Source: Atractiella rhizophila
Taxonomy: Eukaryota
Direction: 5' to 3'
Length of the DNA stretch: 64,000 bases
Assembly (NCBI GenBank): GCA_021432655.1
Contig: MU271285.1
Coordinates: forward strand, 1 to 64,000
Position 1 is the first letter of the stretch. Each line of letters opens with the position of its first letter. Positions 1 to 12,752 of this stretch are shown one piece after another. Below the pieces are notes generated by a model, which saw only the letters and a list, made by a program, of their open reading frames with translations, was not told where the DNA came from and did no database searches. The position numbers were made by a program, and so were the translations under genes.

Positions 1-2365
1 CCTGGAGGAAAGAGCACATTGAGATCTTGCAGCACAAATTTGTTGCTTTCTGCGGCCGCTGAAGAGGAAAAGGAGGAGGACCAGGCGCATGAAGCGTTTT
101 CGAAGCCCACTTCCGTTGTGTCCTCCCCGCTTCCATCGCTCTCAAACTTCTGAGTTTCCTCCTCTTGAAGGACTTCACTGTGCTCAAGCTATCAGTCACC
201 AATGCCCCAACTGCACAAGAAAGCAAAATAGGAGGCAACCTACTCAATTCTCTTCAATGAGACCCAAGCCTGCAATATGTTCCTCAGACTCAGACCCAGC
301 ACCGTCAGGGGGGTCCTGATGATTACAAAGAGGGTAAGACTAGTGAAAGCCGTTGGAGGGTCTAAAGGTTCATGAAAGACTTTAGTCTTAAGCACGAAAG
401 AGACCAGAGCCACAATAGCGGGTGCGCCGAACTATTCATCTCATGAGCCTCCTTGGTCTTCCGTACCAAAAAGGAGACGGACCAAGATCATCCCGCTACT
501 GGCATAAGCCCACACGCTCCATCTCAACGCGTTAAGCTCTGTCCGACGAAATCCGGCCATTAGCTCTATAAACGTATCCTCCCACGCCATGAATTTCACG
601 CCTTTCACATTCCCCAACACCTCGCTCGCCAAGTCTAAGCGCGCATCGGCGGCTTTCAAAATGATGCGATCTAGGTGGAAGAAGAGTTTCGATATGGCAG
701 CATTGAAGGGAATGAGGAGGAGGAAGACAAAGACTCCACCGAGGGAGGAGGGGCCGAGGAGGTGAAGAAGGTAGAAGAGCGAGAAAATGAGTGTGAGGAG
801 ACAGTCAGGGAATAACTCGCTTGATTCAACACTCGTCAGACAAGGCCCTAACTTATGGTGGTGGAAGGTACGGCGTCGACTTACTGTAATTTAGAGAATG
901 CCTCTGCCACTGCGAATGTGTCTGCAGAGACGAGATTGACGATTTTTCCTACACCTGCCTTCTCCTTCTGTTCCCCATCTTCGAGGTCGGAAGTAGAAAA
1001 GTCGGCGCGACGCAGAACCTTGGTGTATATCTCGCCAACGATGATAGCTCGCACGCGGACGAGGATCTTCTTTCCAGTCTGTTTTACCCACCGTTTCCAT
1101 TAGATTTCCTTACACGAGGAAAAGACAAAGTGGTTAGACTAACTATAAATGTTTGTCCAGCCGCAATGTTCGTCCCGACCTGCCATACATTGGTTTATTT
1201 CAACCTTCTCCTGAAAAATCAAAGTAAGGCAAGAGATTGAGAGACGAACTTGGGACCCGAGCAAACAAACACAGAAGAAAATCGCCTCTTTTCTGCCTTC
1301 CTCCACTTTCGCTGTTCCATCCGCAATCGCTTGTAAAATACGTTGTAGGAAAAAAGGAGAAGCGAGGGACAGCAACACTTTGAGGGTTGCCCATGTCTAT
1401 CCAGTTCCCCGACCTCAAAATGAGCTCTGTCGACTCTAAAGCAAGAGAGGTATGACGGAGGGAAGACATACCATTTGTTTGACCATCAAACCGCTCAAAA
1501 ACCACCCAATCCTCCTTCCCATTCCCCACCCAGCATTCCTTCCTCTGTTTGAATCGTATCGTCTGAATTCGAGGAGTACCCTGGCGCTTCCCTCCTCCAC
1601 TGGAAGAGCTGGCATGTCCTCTTTCCTGAAAGGAACCCTGGAATGGCGCATCACGAAGGGAGTGATGTATCCAAAGGTTGCGAGGGAGAAGAGGGAGGCA
1701 GACTGTTCGAAGGTGACTGTAGTGGAGGTCCGTGCAGGTGGCGGGGAGAAAAGGTGGATGGCGAGAGCGAGGAGGGAGAGGAGGAGAGGGGGAAAGTGTG
1801 GAGATGATGAAGCTGGCGAATGTCGGATGAGGGAGGTTGCGGATGACAAGACGGAGCAGAGGAGGAGAAAGACCATCGTGCCCCTCCTTCTCCCCGTCCA
1901 GAAAGTCCAGAACGCCACGCCAACAATCCATAGGTATGGTAGCACTACTACGACGCGGTGGTCTGTCACAGCTTGGAGGAAGCAGAAGAGCATCGTGCTT
2001 GTGCAGAGAAGGACGAAGAGATCCCTCTTGCTCCTCCTCCAAATCAACATTCCTCTCTCCTTTGCAGCAACATTGCTCTTCGAAAGTAAAGGGGACGTCT
2101 CGTCCTGTCCGCTCTCATGCGGCTCAAGGTGTGCCTCTTGGCTGAGGCTCGAAGGAGGAGTAGGTATGGCGTCTTGAAGAAATCGCAGCTCAGCTTGCTC
2201 CATCATCCTGCTACTACCCCCTCCTTCTCCAGCTCCATCCGTCTCACGTTTGGTAGCGGTGCGACGCGCGTTTGAAGAGTAGAGCGACCAGATTGCGCGC
2301 GAGGACAGGTAGACGAGAGATAGGCCAACTGCGACTCCTAGCACTGGCAGGTCAGGGTGCTGCAT
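1..2365 (-). CDS. ABC transporter, ABCC/MRP (Ybt1/Bpt1-like) family; 5' part only, multi-exon, runs off the window
   Basis: ORFs 1436-2365, 1139-1378 and 441-659 join via GT-AG introns. They carry a hydrophobic TMD0, the lasso-like 'ASLFSLATFGYITPFV' and the TMD1 motif 'DARLDLASEVLGNVKGVKFMAWE'. An NBD1 start ('FVLQDLNVLFPP') sits at the window edge. Confidence 0.85.
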
Positions 2366-2755
2366 CCCAGCGAATGAAGGCGGTCAATAGCACTGAGCGA
2401 GAATCGAAGTGTTCAAGTTGAAATGGAATGCCTCTGCACGGTCGCGACATTTTTGTTGTTTTCTATCTCTCTTTCAGGACTGAATCCAAGTCACGCATGC
2501 CATCGTGATACTCGCTTGTTTGACGGGATGCGGAGCGTAACGGACTCTTGAGCCGGACCATGAACAGACTCCCATTGTCTCAGCAATACAGCAACATAAT
2601 TGGACAGAGCTAGATCCTGGTTGGACATAAATGGTTGAGAGTTGCAACAACACCGAATCAACAAGCTATAAACAGACAGGGATCATTCATCGGACCAATC
2701 GACAAACAAGCGCCACCACTCCCTCCCAAATCCGCCTCAGACGCTCAGACTCAAG

Positions 2756-4512
2756 CTAATTAGCACCACCCACACTTCCCACCTTCAACCCGGGATGTCC
2801 AAACGCCATCTCCACCTCCGGCTTCATCCTCTCGAACCTCCTCACGCTGGGATCGACCAACAAAATCGGACTTCCTGGTCTTCCACCTCCGGCGACGCCC
2901 GTCTTCATCCAGGGATTCCTCAGCGTGGGGCCACCAAGTCGGTTCCATTCCATCCTCCTACTCACACGCGCTATGATGTCCGCGTACTCCTCGTTCCCAA
3001 GCTCGCCCGTTGTCCCACCACCTACACCTGGACCGCCGCCGTTGAAAAGGTTGGAGAGGTTGATCGCTCCGGTTCCTGTTGTGATTGGTGCGGTGCCTGT
3101 GGAGGTGGATGCGTTTGGAGGGTGGGAGGAGAGGGAGGAAGAGGGGGTGGGGAGGAATGAAGGGTCGTCGTCCACCTCTCCGACCCAATTCTCTCTCTCC
3201 GAAGGCTCCGTCCGCGCCGCAGGTTTCTTCTTCTTCTTTTCCGCTCTCGGAGCTGGGGCTTTCCTATTCCATCCACATCGACCGGTCATCCATTCGTTAG
3301 TTTGTTTGCGTGGAGAAGGAGGAGGAAGACAGACTTCTCGACGTAGTTCGGATTATTCTTCCTCTGCCAAGCTGCCAACAAATCATCGTATCTCTCGCTC
3401 CTCCCCAACACCGCTCGCTTCGCTCCCATACTGTGAGTCTTACAAGTGAGCGACCTCGCGCAGGGGAGCCCTTTGTCGGTGAGTACTCCGCATTGGATGT
3501 TGACGTCCACGGGGTGACCGGCTGTTTCCACCGATACACTGTCGTTAGCGAGGTCGTCGGGAGGTGGATGGGAGGGAGAGGAGCATACGTTTTTGGCGGG
3601 GCATTTTTGGAGCGCCTTTTTTTCCTCCTTCCTTTTCTTCTTCGCTGGCGGAGCGCCTAGGTCCAGGTCGGCTGTTCCCACGACTCGTCAGGTTGCTCTG
3701 CGATAATTTAGTCTGAAGGGGAAGAATGAGAGCCTTATGCTGTGATTGTAACAACACCCTGTACTGTCATTACAAACACTCTCGCTACTGTCATTGTGGG
3801 AACACTCCCTAACTGTCATTGGGAGATCACTTTCTACTGTCTTTGCAAGAATCTTTTCCTGCCATTGCGAAAGCACACGCTCCAGTTTTGTCTTGCAACA
3901 GCACCTCTACAGAATCTATCCTAGAATAACCGGAGCATTCTATACTGGTATTGCGAGAATGATCTCTGCTACCTTTGCACGAACTACCAGAGTACTCAAT
4001 AAATAAAAGAACTCACCATCAGAAGCACGTCTCTTTACACCCTTCCCGCCATACTGTCCCTTCTTCACCACTCCCTCCGCATTCACCGCATCCATCGAAC
4101 CCTCCTTCGCACCATTCTCCACACCACCCTCTCCTCCCGCAGCGGCAGAATCTCCGGCGACAGCTGAAGGAGGGACGGAGGAAGCGGAGGCCTTAGCCTC
4201 CTCCGCCTTCTTCTTTCCCTTCGCGACCAAGTTCCTCCACTTCCTGCATGCGCTCACGTGTGGCGTCCACGCTTCTTGTGTCACGGTGCGCAGACATTCG
4301 GGACAGGTTATGAGTGTGGATGGGTGGAGAGAGGTGGGTGGGAAGTGTGAGTTTAGGTGTGAGGGTAGGAGGGTGGTTCGGATGGGGTGTTGGCGGTGGA
4401 GGTGTGCTGGTTGCTTGGGTTATGTGTTAGAGATGTAATGAGATGTAATGGAAAGGGAGGACGTACTTGAGGCGGATGGGAATTGGCGGAAGAGAGCGTC
4501 CCAGGTGGTCAT
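2756..4512 (-). CDS. SGF73: SAGA deubiquitinase-module subunit Sgf73 / ataxin-7 homolog (multi-exon)
   Basis: SCA7 zinc finger '[38 protein letters not shown]' (ORF 3286-3681) and an N-terminal '[20 protein letters not shown]' finger. Probable ATG at 4512; 345-nt intron at 3672-4016. Confidence 0.9.
3738..3880. repeat. Degenerate ~24-bp minisatellite (6 units) inside the long SGF73 intron
   Basis: Units start at 3738, 3762, 3786, 3811, 3835 and 3857 and share a core resembling ACTGTCATTG...ACAC with variable bases between. Confidence 0.7.
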
Positions 4513-4766
4513 TTGTACCAATTCTACTGTCCTTCTTTCTTGCTTGTATTCCTATAATACACCTATAACACTCCTTAAATGCTGCCTATGCCCTGATAGC
4601 CTGTGACCAATGCTCTTGAACTTGCTCTTGTTGAAGTTGTTTCTATCTCATCATCAACAATCATCATCCCCACCCCAACCATCCAATCCAGAACTGACTC
4701 CTTCTGCAGATTGCTGCTCTATTTCTAGCTGCAGGTACACGTACTCCCACTCAGACCAGCCAAGCG

Positions 4767-7700
4767 ATGTCAGTCCCTCCCTCCCCCTCGACCTCCTACC
4801 TCTCGCTCCAATCCCGCTACTCCTCCAGCCTCTCCCGCGCCTACGACGACACCCTCGCCCTCCTCTCCTCCCCTCCCTCCTCATGGTCCTCCGTACCCGC
4901 CCCCGTAGCATCTACCTCCGCCGCTTACAAGGGTAAATCGACCACCGCTGTCCCTAATTGTGTGGGAGAGGGCGTGACCGTCCATAGGTATAAGGAGACG
5001 AAGGGAGGGCCAGCGGTGTTTAGAGCCGGTGTGGAGATTGAGTTGGGTTGCGATGATGGTAATGTCGTTTCTGGTGGGAGTGGGAGTGCGGAGAGGGAGA
5101 GGGAGGCGGGAGAAGGAATGTTGGAGGAGTGGAGAGCTGTTTTGGAACGGGAAGAGTGCAGACTTCATTGTGCGTCTAATACATCTCCTCTCTATTCTAT
5201 ATTCCATTCCATCCGGGTATTATCTCCTTTTAAGAGAGGGTGGTCCAACAAGATGATGCATTTGCTCGTTCTCAAATAGATGCGTGAGCATTAAACAAGC
5301 GTGGATGTTTATTGCGTTTGGGATGACACAGGGGACAAATTGGTCGAACGCACGACCGTGCTCGAGATCCTCGATCCACACACGCGCATTGCCAAGACCG
5401 ACTTTCGTTTAGGATGGCCAGCATCGTATGATTCCCATCTTTCTCCTCTCCCTAAAACTGGCGGCTGACGGCATTCATTCAGCCCACGGGATGCGATCAC
5501 CATCACTCGGACCTACATGTCCCCTCTTTCTTCGCCCAATCCCGCCCTCCTAAGCATATCGACTTCCATTCCACCCTCACCCGAAGGAAGTTCCTCCGAC
5601 CCTGGCTTCTTGCGGTCCGTATCCTTCTTTCTACCCCAATCCTAGTTTCGATCGATTGAGAGGATATGTAGACCTTCGCCACCTTACGTTCGCTCCAACC
5701 TCTATCTCATGGCATGGTGTATCCAGCTGGTAGAGGACGAAGCGGGATCTGTCGAAGGAGAGGGCACACAGAGAGGATCGCGAAGGGTGCGAGTGACGGT
5801 GTTCTGGCAGTGGGATTTAAAAGGAGCGATGTTCTCGACGCACCACAAAGAGATCGCCAACCTGCTTTCTTCCCTCATCAACTATCTACGGGATCATTCG
5901 ACACGGATCCCAATCACCACAAGATACGGAAGGCTGCTCTCCCTCTCCTCCTCCCACTTTGATTCCAGCTCGGATACGTTCACGACGAACTATTCTATAC
6001 TGGAGGAATCGGATGTGTTGGAAAGGTTGAGGAGTAAGGCGACGAAGGGATTGGAAGAGGTGAGAGAGGATAGGAGGGAGAGGAAGGAGGGAATGAGACG
6101 CGGCATCGAGTTTTCGTTGGCTTCGAAAGAGGCGTGGGACGTGCGTGTGACCGTCAATGGATTCAAAGGTGGTTCGAGGGGAGAAGGACAGAACGAAGGA
6201 AAAGAGAAAGAAAAGGGGGAGCCGGGATGGATAGCTGTTGCAGAACGAAGGGGGGAGAGAGGAGGGGCGAACTCGAATTCGAGGTTCGTGATCAGGCTCA
6301 TACATTCCAAGTTGGAGAATGCGGAAGAATTTCAACGCGTCAAAGTCGTCATTCAACGGCTGGGCGGTGCGGCTTCCTCCTTGGTGAGGGTGAATGGAAA
6401 AGAATGTGTTGTCTCGGATGCACCGAAGGACGAAAGAGATCCGTCGTCCATGTCCTCATTGTCCATGGTTGAGGGCTCGACCAGCGGAGTGGAGGAGAGT
6501 GTGATTTGGTTTGGTGGAGAGGATGAGGTGGAGGGGGATGGAAAAGGGAAGGGGAAAGGGAAAGGGAGGAAAGGGGGAGTGGAGTTGGAGGCGAGCTTTG
6601 GGAATTGGTTGAAGGAGAATGCGGCGGTGGATGATGGAGAGAGTAGTTTGGCGACTAATAAGAGTTTGAGCGAGAGTGGAGGAGAAGGGAGCAGTGGTAT
6701 TGAGGTGGAAACGAGCAGGAAGGGTTCGTTGGCGGTGAGAGGGAAGACGATTAAGGCCAGAGCTTTGGGTCCGAGAACGCTGGAGCAGCTGCAGATGCAG
6801 ATGAAGAAGGAAATCAATGATAAGATTCGGAGGAGCTATATCTATTTTACTAGCCTTCTTCAGGTTTGTCTTGTTTATTCCCCTTTCACATATGGCTAAT
6901 AGGTTTTGGTAGGAACCAGAAGCAAAGTGGCGTCGAGTCTCTGAAGGTCGTGGTGTCACTGTCAGCAAGGTACATCTTAATAGTCTCCACACATACCTTA
7001 GCGCTCACGTTTCATAACTTAGCTCGACTCTATTGATCCCACCTTGACGATATTTCGCGCGGAAGCTGTCTTTGTTGGACTCAATGTTTGGGATGTCTTT
7101 TCCACGGTCTCGTCTGCCGGCGCTCGGGTGGTATGGGACAAAACAGTGGAGGATGTCAAGCTCCTGGAAGAGGTGACAGACTTGACGTCTCTCTGGAGGA
7201 TTGGGATGAAAGCTAGTTGGCCCGTAGCGTGAGCTTTCTCCAGTCTAGCTTTCCCTTCACCTCTTTCAAGACCTGTGAGGGTTAACATTCAGTTTGTTGG
7301 ATGTAGTGCTCGCGACAGCGTCCAGTTGCGGACGTTCTACAAATCTCCCACTTCCATCCATGTCTTTTCGTCTTCGACAGATGACCTTGGACTGTTTCCT
7401 TCCATTCCTCCCGTTCCTTCTGGCACCATTCGAACGCATACAGACCTGCATGGATGGTCCATCGAAGGCCTCTCCCCGACGACAACGCAGATCATCCTCC
7501 TCGATCAGTCAGATCCGAAAGGATGGTCGAGCAAATCCTGGACCCCCAACTACCTCATCAACTCCATTGCTGGTGTTGGAGAATTCGCGATAAAGAGTGG
7601 AGGTCCACCTCTGGTTACTCGATTGCTAGGTGCTTCAACAGAAGTGGAGAAGTATGACCATGACAAGAGTTTCTTCAAGCTCGAGTATAAAGCCTCAAAG

Positions 7701-10684
7701 AAACCGCTCTCCATTAGCAGCTGGGAAGACGTCCCAGTCACCGCAGATCCCAACCTTTCGCAGGTTCCTGTGGAGACGATCGAGTGCGAGATCAGGTGCG
7801 ACTGTGTGACTTGGGCATCGAGCGTTGATGTAGTCATCGACCCTCCCCCTGCGAGAACCTCCGTGCTTCGACGCCACCGTCTGTCATTTAGCGGAGGGAC
7901 CTGGCTGACGATCGAGCATTCCGCTCAAAGCGTTGGGAACGATAGAATCTTTGTCCTCATTCGAAAAGGTCAAGCGAATAAGGAGAAGGGCTCGGTCTTC
8001 ATCAATGGGTCGAAGGCGAAAGTGGACACAGAAGATCTGGCGGAGGACGAAGTGAAGAATCGGTCGAAACAGAAGAGAATCAAAGTGAATCCGATGCCGC
8101 TGGATCAGTACCCGATGATTGGGCCAAGACACACACCTAAAGGTGGCACTCCTGTCTCGGAAACACCGCCGGGGTCAGCGACGAAAGCCTCGATGCCTTT
8201 ATACAACGATGAGACCGTTAGAGGTCTCCCTGCAGTCCCAAGTTCTCCAAAGACATCAGTCCCCCCGCCTATGATAAGTGGCAACTTGTTCTCGAGACCT
8301 CCTCAACCTCCTCCAACTTACTCACTCGAAGGACTCTCATGGCTTCAACAGTTTTATCTAGAGCAAAGCTCTGATCCGACGGTGGCCGGTATTGGTTGGT
8401 CTGAAATGTCCAATAAAGGTGGACTGCTGGTTCGCAAGAAGTTGATTCCGCACATCTCTGATAGTCTACCCGTCTATCACGCATCGAAGGTCATCGAAGG
8501 TGTTACCGCCTCTGATCTGGCGGACGTGCTCAACAACCTGGACTGCAGGAAGGAATGGGATGACCGTGTCGAGACCAATGCTGTTTTGGAGAGTTTTGGT
8601 TATGGATGCTATACTTCGTGAGTTCTTCCTAAGAACACAGCTTCTGAAACTTTGCTCATTACCTGTGTAGATGCCTCACTACTAAATCCAGCTTCCCGCT
8701 GAAAGGTCGCGTCTTCTGCACGTCGACAACTTCCGGACAATTTCTTCTTCCAGGTTCCTCAAACTCGTCCAGCACTTCCACAATATTCTTCGTTGCATCC
8801 GTTTCCGTGCCCATCGGCCCTACTTTCGATCAGAACAAGCTGAATCCTGCCCAACTGCCTCCCGGCCAAGTCCTCTTAGAAGGCTGGATTCTGGAGCCGA
8901 TTGATCCTTACACCTCCAACACCTACCAGATCCCATCTGCACGATGCTCGCACTTCTCGTGCGTCGACTACTTAGGCTCTGTATCATCCGCTATTAGCTC
9001 CATGCTCAACACAAACTTTGGACGATTGATGAACTCCCTCGAAAAGTTGACGAAGCGGTTGGGAGCGTTGCCACATGTCCATACCCCTCCTTCCGCTTTT
9101 CAAATCGAGGGACCACTTGCTCCCGAGTCCGGACAGAGCGGAAGCTGGGAGATTACGGACGTGGCGGATCTAGTCGGCCAGTCCAAGTTGCTTCTCTCAC
9201 ATTTCAACCTCACTGCACGATCCTTTCGCTCCTATACCCTCTCCACTCTTCAAACAACGCCTTCATCCACGCTCAAAGCCAGCGCAGCCCAACGAGCATC
9301 TCGCCTCGCCAACAAAGGGTCCCTAAGAAGAGATTCGTCCCCATCCTCGAGGCATCCTATTCCACATGAATTGAGGCGAAGACCTAGTTCGACCACCTTA
9401 GACGTTCATCGTCGCTCTCGGTCTCTGTCAAACGTGTCGATCGGCAACCCATTTGACCCTGAGGCTCTTGAGACTCTTTATCTGCAAGAGGTTATCGTAG
9501 ACCTCAAGCTCTTCCCTGCTGGATATGACCTCAACTGCGCTGCAACCTTTAGAACCTCGTCGGGAGGTGACGAACCAGCTCCCTTGAATGGAGACGAAGA
9601 CCTCTTGCCTGCTTTCTCGAAAGTGCCTCTACAAGTCAGTGTCACCGATGTCCCTGTTCCTGCCGTCTTCCTGGAGGCATCTGGGTCTGGCGACGCTGCT
9701 AAGAGAGTGCAACACCTCGTGCGCATATTCGTGCCCTTGAACGAGGGGGAGAAAGAGCCTCGTCCGAGTTGGTATAAGAAGTTGAAGAAAGGAGAAAGCC
9801 TAGTTCTGGATCTGAGAATCACGCAGAATCCATTGGCTGATGGCTTGAATGAAGAAAGTGAAGTCGGGACTGGAAAGGTTAAGGTGCGAGTGACTTTTAA
9901 CGGAGAACGGGTAGAAGTTGGAGAAGGAAGAGGACTTCTGGGTAGGAGTGAAGATGAAGGATGGATCGAGCGATTGCCGAAACTGTCAAGGTATGTCTGC
10001 AGTTTTCTATGCCTACGAATTTTATGCTGAGGTGACTGCAGGACGAGCCGCCACGAAGAGGAGGGAGAAGTTGAGGTGTTGCCGAAAAAGTTCGGACGAC
10101 CGCTTTGTGTTTCCAACAAGCTACTCAAGCCACCGTCATCGCAAGAACCTACGCCGGACGCATCGCCTAATCCTACCCCTCAGATTCAAACCGCTACAAC
10201 GTTCGATGCTGCAGCGAAGGCAGCTACGGGTGAGAACGAAAGAGAAGCGGGGTCTGACACTCCTGTTGGACCAGGAAAACAGAAGCGCTCTTCAATAGCT
10301 GCACTCATTCCCAAGGAGCGCTCGGGTTCAAATCCCCTCCTCTCACTTCCAGGAAGTTTACTCTCCCTCACTCGTCAACCGTCCCCAGCGCCTGCCCCAC
10401 TGCCTACTTCAACTTCTCATCAGCAAGGCACCGGTGGATACTCCCTGCGCTTTCTAATCACTATGTGCATAATATGCTTCCTCTTTGGTTCCTTCCTTCG
10501 TGCTCTGCTCGCTCCTATCGATTTTATCTTCATTCCTCCTGACAGCACCGACATGACGCTTGAAGAAAGCTTGATGGATGCTTTGGATCCTAATAGGCGG
10601 TGGAGGGCCGCAAGGAGAATCACGCAACTGAGGATACCCTTCTTCAGCTGGGATTTCGTTGTTGCGATGGCTCTGAGGCGGTAG
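4767..10684 (+). CDS. Large multi-START/SRPBCC (Bet v1-like) domain lipid-binding protein with a C-terminal transmembrane helix
   Basis: Three START-like blocks: 'VLEILDPHTRIAKTDFRLGWPASPRDAITITR', 'TIFRAEAVFVGLNVWDVFS...WDKTVED...SWPVA..RDSVQLRT' and 'KEWDDRVETNAVLESFGYG...LEGWILE'. C-terminal hydrophobic 'FLITMCIICFLFGSFLRALL'. Consistent GT-AG introns link the ORFs. Confidence 0.75.
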
Positions 10685-10899
10685 TTTGTTCAATTCTGGA
10701 CTCGCATGTTGTAGTTTGATTTTTCATTCCTTTTCTTACCTCGTTCTTCTCTTCGCAATAGTGTAAATATGCAATATTAGCCGTAACGAAGGAAATTACC
10801 AAATCACGTGTGGAGTTTGACCTCTTCAACTGCATCAACCAAACTCCAAAAATTCAACCAATCCGGACTTCTCCATAACCTCCTTTCAAGGCTTTCAGC

Positions 10900-12350
10900 A
10901 TGAGCCTCCTCCGTTCAACCGTCTCAAAATCGCATCTCTCCCTCCCCGTAACGACGACGTTCAAGCCTTCGGGCGTTCCCCTCGTCCGAGGCCTCAACCA
11001 GACCCTTGCATCACCTCACCACGGAGGTGACGCTGAACATGGACACGAAGAAGTCAGCCTTCTCCCCAGCGAGTTCGCAGCCAAGAGGGGCTTTGGAAGC
11101 AAAATTGCGCTTGGCAGGGGTGGAGTCGCTGCGACAACAATGCTTGCGGGTGAGTAGCCGAATGCCATTCCTGGAGTATGGGAGATTAGCAGGATACGAC
11201 AATGGTTGGGAGAGCCACTTACTTTAGGACATGCCGTTTCATATCACCGAGTTACTCGCATAATGGAGCTCTCAAGCTCGAAGGTGTTGTTGCCGGAGCA
11301 TTCTGATGTTTCCCTCTGAGGATTCTATACCCAGGAACGACGAATGGGCAGCTCTTCAATCTCATTGCTCCTATTGACATTTGCGAACCAAGAGGCGTGA
11401 GCCTAGACGTTTGCATTTCTTTGACAACATCAACTTGAGTTTGTCCTCCATCCCGTTTCGGGCAACTATTTTGTGGGATGTCACAGCCCTCAATCCATTA
11501 TATGGCCCTGGAATATCGCGACCTTCACCCATTTTGTAGCTTTTGTTCGCGAGCTGACCTTCCTCGTTTCTTCTGCAGGACGAGTAACTCCTTCCTCTCT
11601 GCGTTTCCTTCGACCTTTCTCCACGACTGCCGCCCGTCCAGCGCTCTCTGGTCCCGCCGCTCGAGTCGTTGAAGGTGACTTCGACAGCACGAAAGTGCCT
11701 TCGGACTACCAAGCGCATGCATCCTCCACATCCGAAGACTACGGGCGTGCCGTGTCCTATTTCGCGATTGGCACCATGAGTGCACTTACCGTTGCCGGTG
11801 CAAAATCCACTGTCGTTGACATCCTTCAAAACATGAGTGCTTCGGCCGACGTTTTGGCCATGGCCAGGGTTGAGGTGGACTTGAGCACTATTCCGGAGGG
11901 GAGGAATGTCATCATTAAGTGGAGGGGAAAACCTGTGTTTGTTAGGCACAGAACGGCGAAGGAAATTGAGGAGGCGAATGAGGTGGACGTGAGCAGCTTA
12001 AGGGATCCGCAGCAGGACAGTGATAGGGTTCAGAAGTACGTTTTCTTTCATCTTTAGGCTTGCAAGGGTGAAATATTGACGTTTTTGGAATGGCAGGCCT
12101 GAGTGGCTCGTCATGCTTGGTGTCTGCACCCATCTTGGTTGTGTGCCCATCGGAGAAGCTGGCGATTATGGAGGATGGTTCTGCCCTTGCCAGTACGCTG
12201 TTGCATATCTCTTTCTGCCCTCGTATTAACATTACAAACAGCGGATCGCATTACGACATCTCCGGTCGGATAAGAAGAGGCCCTGCTCCCCTCAACCTCG
12301 AAATTCCTGAGTATGCGTTCAGCGAAGATGGAAAACTAGTCATTGGTTAG
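10900..12350 (+). CDS. RIP1: Cytochrome bc1 Rieske iron-sulfur subunit
   Basis: '[41 protein letters not shown]', spliced '[47 protein letters not shown]'. First intron 11150-11578. Confidence 0.97.
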
Positions 12351-12752
12351 AATGTTATTGTATGGAAGGAGTGGTGTGAGCCCGTAATTCATGAGCAAAG
12401 TCCAGCGATGTTCCGTCCGTCCTCTCGCTCAGTGGCGTCCTCAACTTGTTCTTGCCGTCCAATTTCAAGCAGCTTGATGGCAATGGTGTGCTCCATTCTT
12501 GCATTCTTCCTAGTTGCTTGAAGAAAGCCCTATTCCAGCTTTGTCTAGCAATCAAGCGAGGATGTGAATGGGACTTCCGGTTTCCTCTCAAATTCCTCTA
12601 TTCATTCATATTCCAGCGCTGGTCACCTCCAGCCTGTCGAATACTCAAGCGTTGGTGTCGTGAGAATTTGATTTGTGACTCTTAAAGAGACAGACGCCGC
12701 GCTCCGTATAACAACCGCGTCGAGGCACTCATGCCATGCCCAACTCCAAACA

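Noticed and set aside
1452..2177. Long antisense ORFs (also 9478-10128, 20252-20920, 31177-31896)
   Set aside because: These are shadow frames opposite real exons, with low-complexity, motif-free translations.
3738..3880. CRISPR array
   Set aside because: Eukaryotic intron, units of only ~24 bp with degenerate cores and very short variable parts, and no cas genes.
11255..11275. RNase MRP-like 'ATAATGGAGCT' motif or a TPP riboswitch in the RIP1 intron
   Set aside because: No complementary P4 5' strand and no TPP consensus elements were seen.
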